The notes under the pieces: generated by a model
What the model saw: the letters and a program-made list of their open reading frames with translations, nothing else
Told to the model about the DNA's origin: nothing
The model's database searches: none
Assembly: GCA_026023565.1 (NCBI GenBank)
Contig: JAPETS010000002.1
Location: 930,001-994,000, forward strand
DNA from: Cirrosporium novae-zelandiae
Lineage: Eukaryota
Reading direction: 5' to 3'
DNA length: 64,000 bases
Made by a program: the position numbers and the translations under genes
Part shown: positions 1-10,239 of the stretch, one piece after another
How the letters are laid out: the number at the start of each line of letters is the position of its first letter
Numbering within the stretch: the stretch's first letter is position 1

Positions 1-60
1 ACCGAATGCCAATATGCAAATTTAAGGAAGGGTAAACCAGTCCAGAGCAGGTTCCCTTAC

Positions 61-589
61 AAGGTCACAAGTCATATGCTTTGTTACGCGCACATTGTCC
101 CAGTTAGCCAATGTCTTCACAATCCAAATATGGTAGACGGAAGGGTTGTTTCGCAGCAGATATGCATTGTGGGTAGTTCAAGTACTATGAGACGGCAGCT
201 CACCGAACGTCGACAATAAACGCAAGCTGGACAGTGCAAGTGGTCAGTTAAGGGTCTTTATAGGGCAATATAAGGCGCAATGTTGAACATGTCCTACCAT
301 GATTGACCTTTCTTCGTTTTCGCGGACTACTGCTGCTGTTGGCTGCACGCGACTGCGTTTCCGCCTTGACGGGAGGGGAGGAGGCCCCTGTAGACCCTGC
401 CGAAAGGGAATCTTTGGCAGACTTGCCATTTGCCTTCTTGTCGGTGGAGATTTCCTTATTGATTTTTCCATTTTCCTTGTCGCCCTTGTCATCAGAAGCA
501 TTCGAGGTCATCGTGTCCTTTTTTCCATCGCTAGTATTGGCAGTAATGGAAGACGCGGATTGCTGGTCAATCAGGGCTGCTGCAGTCAT
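61..589 (-). CDS. acuM: Zn(II)2Cys6 gluconeogenesis transcription factor, AcuM/Rds2-like (5' part; gene continues off the window start)
   Basis: Exons 589-298, 226-204 and 78-61, joined at GT..AG introns, give ...PRKRRKVNH-ACVYCRRS-HMTCDL, the Zn-cluster start typical of AcuM/Rds2. Confidence 0.8.
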
Positions 590-1700
590 TGGTAGGGACG
601 GGGGGGAGGGGGGGGGTAGAACCTGTAGTTCTTTTTTTTTCCCCCAGTGCTCAATAATGAAAAGCGGAGTACCAAAAAACCCAAAGAGCCCAAAGTAGAC
701 CCAAGCTGAAGGCGGGAAGCCGCAGGAAATTCTGGATTAGGTACTGGATTTGGAACACATTTGTTGCACAACAGATGCCAGAAGCATGATGAAGTCTCGA
801 TCCATTTAGATTTGTTGTTCAAGCCATTCCAAAGTTTTTTTTTTCTTTTTATTTCTTCTTTACTTCTCTTCTTGAATGTATGGAAAGAATGGTGGATAAT
901 GACTGGTGTGGAAAAATGCCTTTGATCCTTTTGACTTTTTAGTTTCCTTTGACTTCGGTCTTTTCGCTTGAAGGAATAGAATTGTTGCCTTAGGAATCAA
1001 ATTTACCCCAGCCAAGGTCATTCCCCTTTCCCCTCCATTTTGTTTCTCCGCCTTCCCGTCGAATGCCGTCCACCGCCCTGTAGGGTGTGGCCCTCTCTCC
1101 ATTACGCCTAACCTTTCCCTTTCCCCGTCCTCTCATCGCTCGTTTCTTCTCTGTCATCACTCTACCACTCTCATCGCATTTCATCCTATTGCTTTTTTAA
1201 CCCTCGGCTTCTTGTCATAGTAATCACTCATTATAATTCTATTTATCAATACTAAGACGAAAGAAAAATCAATAGACCGTTTTTATCAATAATACTTGAT
1301 GTATATTATCATGCAGCCAAGACGAAATACATTTTTTTTCGATTGTCTCATCTTATTGTAACACGAAATATTCAAAAAAGAAAATGCAAAAATGCCCAAT
1401 TCATCAAAGACACGTGACCTTGCATGATATGTGGTTATAGAACTACTTTTCATATAGTCAAGGGACATTTTACCCTGGACCCCACTTATAACAAGACAGA
1501 ATACAGAAGCCTCATTATTTCATGCTGTCACTATTGTCATCTCCGCCTTAGCCACGTTCTGAGTTCTCTAAGCAAGGTCCACATAAAATATAAAATTCAC
1601 CATTTGTTATCAAACACCTTTCCTTTTACATAGTTGACTATTTCCTGCACCGCACTCGATTTATCCCTTTCCATTCCAATTTCTACTCCTTTTCTCATTA

Positions 1701-2935
1701 CTACTCATTAGTTCCCCCCAGGGCTTCCTTTCCTAACACAAACTCCCCCTTAGTCTCTACCCGCATTGGCACTAGTATTGATCTGCCCATCATGACCTCT
1801 ACACCTTGGCATGCAAATGTAATAGCCTCCCTCACACCTGCTGGTATTCCTGCTTCGTCCAGCATCATGGTATTAGTATCTGGATACTTTTTCTGAATAA
1901 AGATTGTAATATCAGGGTTGTTGTTGTAAGCGCCACTGCTACATATGAAGATCTCTGCAATTGTCATCTTAGGAGAAGTACATCGGTGGAAGTGATCTAC
2001 AATGGCTTGAGCCGTGATTTGCGTAACAGTCGCTACTATCGTCAGCAGAAAGACCTTCCGCATTGCCCTTTTTAATTAGGTCGAAAGCAATGATATCGCA
2101 GAGCAATGATATTGTGGAAAACTTCGCGGTCAGTTGTCTTTAGAGATTCGAGTTTGAAGTGTGGATGCGTGGAGAGGAACTCGTCAACAATTTCTTGGTC
2201 GACTTTTTCTCTAGGGCCCATTTATCCATCCTTGTCATATTCCTATCCGCCGTTGGTAAAGTGGCGAATACAAACATCAATGAAGACATTTCCTAGACCG
2301 GTGTCAAAATAAAAGCACTCTTCTACATCACCGGCACTATCGGGAGGAATAAAACAGACATTAACTATTCCACCGATACCTTGGCACGCACAGGGTTTGG
2401 TAGGATGATGGAGAAGTGCGTCAAAAAAGGCGATCAGGGGTGCGCCTTGTCGACCTGCGGCTTGGTTGCTCAAGCGGAAATCACTAACATTGGTGACTCC
2501 TATGCGGGGGGCAAGAAAAGAGCTAGATGGTTTGCACATGGGAAAGCAAAACCATTTCTTTTAGAGAAGGAATGATAGCTGATGCAAACATCTCGCCAAG
2601 GATAGCATTTATCTCAGAGAGCTTAGAGGGAGAAGCCTTGTCATGGAGTATCACGTTCATAAGACGCTTCTTAATTAACTAAAGAAGAACCTCATTGTAC
2701 TACTGCTCGTCAACTAACTGTGCGATAGAAAGTAGTGGAACAAGTCTTTTTCATAGTTCTAGAAGCTCGAAATGCATTGGCGAGTCCGGATCATTCTGGT
2801 GGAAGTGGCAGAGCACAGCGTCAATGCTATCCTAGATCTAAATGATTGGCTTGACATTCTCCTAGATGATCACAATACCAACAGACTAGAGATGTCTCAC
2901 CGTTCATTCCAAGGGCTAATATATCTAGAGGCTTC
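1701..2935 (-). pseudogene. Levoglucosan kinase / anhydro-N-acetylmuramic acid kinase (AnmK family) pseudogene
   Basis: Fragments [72 protein letters not shown] and [19 protein letters not shown] match fungal levoglucosan kinase. They are interrupted by in-frame stops (GG*EYDKDG*MG), frameshifts and an apparent deletion. Boundaries approximate. Confidence 0.88.
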
Positions 2936-4642
2936 TTAGATATGCTACTAGGAAAACTATTGGTATAGTCATCGTGTCCATTCTGAATACCATTTATCGG
3001 GGGCATATTGGCTGGGGATTACGCGTAGAAGTAATGACCAAATTAGTATCCGAATTCTGAAGTTGAGAGGAAAATAATGAACAAGTTAAACAAATTATAA
3101 TCCTTTTGATTTTGTGCATTCTTAAGGCACAGTATATGAGTGTATGGTATATTGATTTTGAAGGGGGGAAATATGGGCTTATAAGAATAAGCTCTAAGTA
3201 TGAAATGCGTTTGACTTTCGGATTGATCGTGGACAATTATAGATAGGACCGAAACCAATATCCTGATAATAGGGCTATGACGAGAAAATCTTACGAGAAG
3301 CTCAGTAATGTCAGCTGAAAGAGTACATGCCGAGACATCTCAGCCGCGGAGGGCAGTGCACCTTGTCATCTTAAACGCTCGGAGGAATTACTTAGTGTCA
3401 TGTGAAGAAGAATTCGGAGTCAGAATGGAGGTGATAGAGAGTATGAAACCCCGGAAATCCTAAACCATTGTCATCGTAAGTGGAGGGATGTGCTGATGCA
3501 ACTGGTTAAAAGTATGACTAGGTCATAGAACTTAAATCTCTAGTTCTCCTTCTTCAATTTTAAACATCGGAGTCTACGAATCCGATACCCCCCCCTAATC
3601 CCCTACCTATAATCATAGCGGCCTATAAAGCTCGTCTAGTTCTTTATCTTCTCTGGCTCGACTTCCCGCATCCTCTTGATTAGGCTCGGCCTTTATACTT
3701 TGTTTCTATGATTCCTGAGGTATGATAATGGCTTTACGAGGGCGAGTGTGGTTGTGAGTTCGAGCGAGAGCTTAAAGAATCACGAGGAGATAAGACTATT
3801 CGCGGGATAATCTCGTTCATACGAGAATGTTCGTCGATAAACGTTGGATATGGAAGGAAGTGAATTGGCCTTATGCCATTTAGGGTGACAATCGAAAGAA
3901 TAGCACCTATCCTGAAGGTAGTCGAACCTCCACCTCGTGGTTCTCCATTGAGGCTATTTTTTATCCATAGACCGATTGTTGGTTGGAGAAGTTTTGAGAT
4001 GATGGGAGAAATTTCATTTATGTGGTCGATCAATCGATGACGCAGCTATGTTCGTCATAGCTTAGAAGCGGCATATGGACAATAAAATGAATCATCATCA
4101 TTGATGGTGGATATTATGCCAGTTGGATATTTCTGGGACGGGTCAACCCTTATGAGTTTAACTTGCACCGGTAAAACCATGTGAAGAACTTGCTTGTATG
4201 TAAATGGGCCAGACCGTCAATAAAATATGATTTCGTAATATTGCATACTACATAGACAACCCTCCATAGCTAGATGTATCATTCCCATGCCCCAGACAAT
4301 AAGGGAGATTAATGCTCTGATGAGCAGGCCAATAATCCAATTCCGATCAGGAAAAAGGCAGAGGCAAATGACTAGAGCCTTTGAGGAAGAGCAAAATCCA
4401 AGCATAACGCCATGAGATATTGATTCCTTGAAGGTGGTTACTCTTCGCATATCGACTAATTGACACGCCATTGTAAGAGATCGTGGCAACTTAAAGTAGT
4501 GCGGTTTTGTTAGATGGCTTTAATCTTAAGTACTAGTATTTATAGTTAGTGATTCCTCGAAGAGATGGGTGTCATGTGCGCCAAGGACACCAAGGAAATA
4601 TGATCTCGAGTAGGTGAATGAAATAAAAGCAAGACGAGTTGG

Positions 4643-5755
4643 TCATTGCTCCTTTTTGTCATTTGATGTATCACTGTTAGGACTCGTTGTAGGATCAACA
4701 TTTTGACCATTGTCCTCCTCCTCCTCATCGTCGTCTAAGGGAACGTCCATTACACGTTCACCTGCTTTCTCAAGAGTCCTGCAGCTCCATGTTCGAACTG
4801 CTTTGTAGACGCCCTATTCGCTGTTAGCAAAGATATCTAAGACAACAATGGTGGAAGGGTTATTCACCCATAAGAACGTTCCAACTCCAATCATAACAAC
4901 GATCCAGCTTATAGAAGCAAGCCTATCTCTTCCGTTATTCCCAACCCTTACATTACCTCCAATGACACCGGATGTCCTTAAATTCCAAAATTGCCATGGC
5001 GAGAGCGCAAGTAGTACTTTAACGAAACTCAGTAGTCCAAGCGAGGCTAGCCCTTTGACAAAATGCTCTAGCCATGATGTTTCTTCATCGGTAGTGAGAA
5101 GGGTTTCAATCTTCTGAGATACGGTGGGTTTGGAGAAGGGAAAAGAAGATATTGTGTCATAAGGATCAAGATACAAATTGATTATAGGGTCAGCAATGAA
5201 ACCGAGGAGGAAAATCGCAAGAAGAAGTATTGAAAATGTAAGTATTAATTGTGTAGCAACACTGTTGATCCATCTGCCCCATTGCATTCTTTCAAGCCGA
5301 TATCTGAACCCACATGTGGGGCATTGCCAGAAGTTTCTTCGACCATATGCTGGATCAGCATGTCTCCATTGCTGAAGGCAACCTTCGTGAACATATCTTG
5401 AGGATCCTTTGCATTTGCATGGCCTAATTAGTCTCCCAGATTCAGGGTCAGAAGACTCATACGTGACTCGAGGCTTTGATCGCAGAATTTCAGGGAGGCT
5501 ATCTGACGGCGTGTGGAAGGTTGGTTGAACTGTCTCAAGACAAATTCTGCAGGTCCTAGGACCCCATTGTTTTTGTTTAGGAGGTTGTCGTGGATGTGGC
5601 GCGTCCGACTGCGGTTCTTCCCTTCTCGCCTCTGCTGTATCTGAAAAGTTGAAGGATCCAGGAAGAGGAGGATTGTCTCTTAGGTGACGGTTGATGGTTG
5701 GAAGGACGTCCGGCCAATGCCATCCGGATGCTGTATTGAGAGTACTGGCACTCAT
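4643..5755 (-). CDS. RING-CH (RINGv/MARCH-like) membrane E3 ubiquitin ligase
   Basis: CRIC...PCKCKGSSRYVHEGCLQQW...CPTC RINGv motif followed by hydrophobic segments. One intron at ~4867-4813; last exon GVYKAVRTW...DKKEQ*. Confidence 0.88.
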
Positions 5756-6235
5756 GTTGCTGTGGCTGTTTCAAACCTCAAATTAATCATGACTTTGCAT
5801 AAAATACAATCACTGCTAAAAGCAATAGCTTTGGAGGATAGAATTATTCATCGAGGAAAGAGTTATTTAAGAATGAAGTAACCATCATTCTTATAGAGAT
5901 GACACGTTTTGATCAACCTGGAGAATCAGATTTCAAAGAAACTCATGGAGAGACGGAGACGGAGACGGATATTGGTTGAGCCGTTCCCGCTGTTTAAAAG
6001 ACCAAGTCACATGACTGATACTGTACTGTGGGCGGATTTGCGATTGTGAAAGCTCCGCTTAGACCAAGCTTCAAGTCGCGATTCGTATAGCAGCTAGCTG
6101 CCTTAAAGTCAACCATTGCCTTGCACCACAAAACTTCCTTCAGCTTACCATCTTTACTTGAGCCCTTTCAGTCTTTCAAATCCAATTCTTCTCTTTTCTC
6201 CCAAGGGCTGAGAAAGCAACTTTGAATTTGGAGCC

Positions 6236-7282
6236 ATGGCTGACCGATATTCCTTCTCTTTGACAACCTTCAATCCTAGGTAAGAATATCTTGAGAATAT
6301 ATAACTAAAGATATCTGCTGATTAGCCTAAGTGGTAAACTTGTTCAGATTGGTAATAACAAACAACACTCTCACAGAGAAATTTCTTTTACTAACCAACC
6401 CAAGAATATGCTTTGAATGCCGTCAACCAGGGCGTCACAGCTCTTGGTATTAAAGGTCAGCATTAAACTACCCTGCTATGACAGTATATCTGACCAGGGT
6501 TCAGCCACGAATGGAATTGTTCTTGCTACCGAGAAGAAATCTTCCTCCCCCCTCATCGAAAACCCTTCTCTCTCTAAAATCTCTCTCATTACCCCCAACA
6601 TTGGAATGGTCTACGCAGGCATGGGCCCAGACTATCGTGTACTTGTTGACAAAGCCCGAAAGGTGTCTCATACTGGTTACAAGCGGATATACAATGAGTA
6701 TCCTCCAACCAGGATATTGGTTCAAGATATAGCAAGAGTTGTCCAAGAAGCCACACAATCAGGTGGTGTCCGGCCATACGGTGTCAGTTTATTAATTGCT
6801 GGCTGGGATGACGGAGTAGAACCAGAAGATGAAAAAGTCAAGGAGAGCGTTTCTACAGAAGCTGAAAAAAGGAAGGCCTCAGGAAAGACTGGGGGTATTC
6901 TAAAAGGTGGCCCTAGCCTTTACCAAGTAGATCCGAGTGGAAGCTATTTCCCATGGAAGGCAACTGCGATCGGGAAGAGTGCAACCAGTGCCAAGACATT
7001 TCTTGAGAAGAGATATACAGAAGGCTTGGAGCTCGAGGATGCTATCCATATTGCTCTGTTAACTTTGAAAGAAACTATTGAGGGGGAGATGAATGGAGAG
7101 ACAGTTGAAATCGGTAAATTTGATTTCTCACCTTTGCAAAACTTATGCTGACTTTCAATATAGGCATTGTTGGACCCCCAGCAGACCATCTTTTGGGATA
7201 TGAAGGCGTTGAAGGCGCACAAGGTCCCAGGTTCCGGAAGTTGAGCAAAGAAGAGATCGAGGATTACCTTACGAATTTGTAA
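6236..7282 (+). CDS. PRE8: 20S proteasome subunit alpha type-2
   Basis: Spliced [42 protein letters not shown]..., [34 protein letters not shown]; four introns. Confidence 0.95.
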
Positions 7283-7963
7283 TGCCATAGAGATAGCCGT
7301 ATGGAGTGAATAAAGTAGACATTATCCAAGGACATCAAGTGGGAAGAGAAACCATGGTCCATCAAGGTCCGGTGTCTGGTGCTTTGGTTTATGCTCTCTT
7401 GAATTTTAGTTACGTCCTTGAACATCAGCAAATGTTGCTTCAACATGAGCCGAGGGAAAGCACTTCAGTTTCGTGGTAGCAAAGTGCAGAAAGCCTCGTA
7501 GGGGTTTCTTTCTTGAAGCCAAGACGGCAGCCCCCTGAGCAGAAACTTTGATTATTATCAAATTTCAAGAGTGCTGCTTATTGTATATCCGTCACCTACG
7601 CAAAGACTGCGAATATCCTGTCTAGTCCTTTACATCCTACTCTAGTTGCCCTCTACGCCTCCCACTGACCTTTTATATCATGATCTCCCCTGTTTCGCCT
7701 CTATAAATCAACAAAGTACATGGCACATCTACAGCCGAATTATTTAGGGGTTAAATAAATATATTACCTGAGTGACCAGCACACGAGCCGCCAGTATACA
7801 GGAAATCCTCTTGTATTAGGAACCACGTGACGGTATCTTATCTAAGGCCACAAAACTTATGTATAGTCTACGTCACACTTTCTCTTTCCATTTACAACTC
7901 CCTGCTCCAGAAGGTGACCATAACTACAGTTTCTCAGAGAACCTCAGTATCGGCTTAGTTACC

Positions 7964-8575
7964 ATGGTTTACCGACCTCTCAACTCTTTAATTACCATTA
8001 AAGCCATTCGCACTATTCGTAACGCTCGACTCTTCCATGCAGCAATTGGTACTTTCGTGGCCCTCGACTCCAGCGGGAAGCCGGTCACAAGGGAAGTCAA
8101 GCTTATTCACGGGAATGCTGGTGAATCATATATTTTGATTCCTCCGGAGATCGGCTTTGCTCTACAAGCTGGCAGCATACCATCCAATGACATATCCCTT
8201 AAGAAGGATTCGGAAAGCTATGCGTTGACGTTCTTTCATGAGACTAAGACTTTTGTACATGGTGAGTAGCCTACCTCAGACCAAATCTTGGTAATATTGC
8301 CAACTGAGCCCTTGGAGAATCATCTCCTGGCTTCCCTCGACTTGAGATCCCTCAAGACCTACCTAGGCAAACCAAAACCAACAAAAGTCCTGCCACCCTT
8401 TTTCTTACCGGTGTATCACATGAAATCACTCTAGATGGGACACCTGATGGTATCTAAAAGCTTCTCAACATAAATAGCGGACAGATTCTAATATCAAATA
8501 GCCAAATTTGCTGCAATGGCAACAGAATCATATCAAAGACTGAAACCTTCCTTGGATCGGCTGAAGGACATGTAA
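7964..8575 (+). CDS. Small hypothetical protein (~165-170 aa) with a basic, acid-free N-terminus (possible mitochondrial presequence)
   Basis: ACCATGG start. Exon 1 7964-8261 (GTGAGT donor); exon 2 from ~8309 or 8318 (non-ideal GAG acceptor) reads GFPRLEIPQDLPRQ..SPATLFLTG..ITLDGTPD; exon 3 ends LDRLKDM* at 8575. Frame stays open across the predicted splices. Confidence 0.65.
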
Positions 8576-9307
8576 TATACTTACAATAGACGGTTCCTCT
8601 ATGGCAGATTTAGAACTGCATCTCATTTTGAGGTCTCTAGACATCGTTCATTTGCTTATCCTTTTCAAATACTGGGCATTGATCATATATATTAGAGGCT
8701 GCCCATTATCCTGTATTCTCCTATTATTGATAACTCAAAGCAATACCCTTCATTCTCACACTCTCAAAGCATATATAGCCCCCAGTCCCTTGTTTCACCT
8801 GCTTTCTAAAATACATTTCAGATAAAGTCCACGCTTGACTTGAATAAGATCAGTGATGTTATTGAATTGGACTGGAGCTGGATTAGAGTTTCGCTCCGGT
8901 TAGTCTAAAGCAGTGCAATTTTTATGCTTGCAGTAGATTGCTTAATGACGGCAGTTCCTAGTTGCTGCCAAACCATGAGTCTTATAGAAACATCAATTGG
9001 CTTCACTCTCATGTACTCGTGGGGTAAAATCTCAAGTTACAGGCTGGGATACAGTGCCAGGTGTCAATAATCTAGACAAGACTATTCCAAACCCCCCAAG
9101 CCCTTGGAAGGTAATGTAGTCGACAGATAAAGAGTGCAATTGATTAAACAAACCTCTGGAAGCACTTCAATACATAGAAGGAAATAAGACCCGAACAAAG
9201 CAAAACGAACGAGCATGCACACAACACAAACCAATCGCAAAACTGAATACTTCCATCACTCTGCAACCCGCGCTAATATAGTTCAATGCCCAACGGCCTC
9301 ATCGCGA

Positions 9308-9751
9308 CTAAACGACCCCCTCGCTTAACTTAGGTACAGCGGCCACGATGCGACTATAGAATTCGGCCAGTTCCTCGACGGTACACTGATTAGTGCAGAC
9401 GGCAGCGTGGGCCGTAGCCAAGTCTGCGTTGACGGAAGCCTGAGCCAACAGTGTTTCCTGCAGTCTGTATCCATTGATCCTAAGGAACATGGCTGCTGCG
9501 ACAAGCGCTGTTCGCTTATTGCCATCCTGAAAGGCATGGTTCTTTATTATTTTTTTGGAGAGGATTGCGGCCAATGTGAAAGTATTGTCGGTTTGAGTGT
9601 AGTGGTTTACATTCATCGGTGAACTTACTGCAGACTCTAACAAGGCGGGCTGGATGGGGTGACCGCCTTCAACAACTTGGCGGGCATGGAGGTGTTGAAT
9701 TTGGTTAGCAGTCAAGAAACGAAAGGTCCGAGTAGCAGCCTTGGAGAGCAT
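9308..9751 (-). CDS. Fic/DOC family protein, Doc (death-on-curing) type
   Basis: Intronless 147-aa ORF with LLESAV..P, LAAILSKKIIKNHAFQDGNKRTALVAAAMFLRINGY, i.e. the Doc-type HxFx(D/E)(G/A)NKR motif followed by FL.xNG. Confidence 0.92.
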   Translation of the reverse strand: MLSKAATRTFRFLTANQIQHLHARQVVEGGHPIQPALLESAVSSPMNVNHYTQTDNTFTLAAILSKKIIKNHAFQDGNKRTALVAAAMFLRINGYRLQETLLAQASVNADLATAHAAVCTNQCTVEELAEFYSRIVAAVPKLSEGVV

Positions 9752-10239
9752 GGCGACTTCTTGAGTAGATATTTGAGAAGTTGTTCGTTGCTGATGAACA
9801 GGATATGTATGTAGCTAACCACGAATTTGCTCCAAAATCGTTAAGAAAAGAGACTTTTGAGTTTAGGCCTATCGGATCCTTAAGCACAAATAGACTGGCT
9901 CCCTTGCCGACCACGTCAACTTTAAATAGCCAAAATCGTAATGATTTATCCAAAACTTATAAAAGTATTCTACACAGCACCTCCTTAGACTATATCATTT
10001 AAACTATAGTTGACAACGAAATCATGGTCTTCACATTCTTTTATTACTTCTTCTAGATGCTTAGCATTCTGAGGTTTTTGCCTCGTATCTGCCCTTCTAG
10101 GATGACATACCCTATTATTCACACAACTTCCCCGCCCTTGTTGTATTCTCAGGCAGTTCTACAGCCGCCATTAAAAAATTGACTACAACTATCCCCACCA
10201 TCAATACATTGCGTGACTTATTTACTACAGTCCTTCAAG

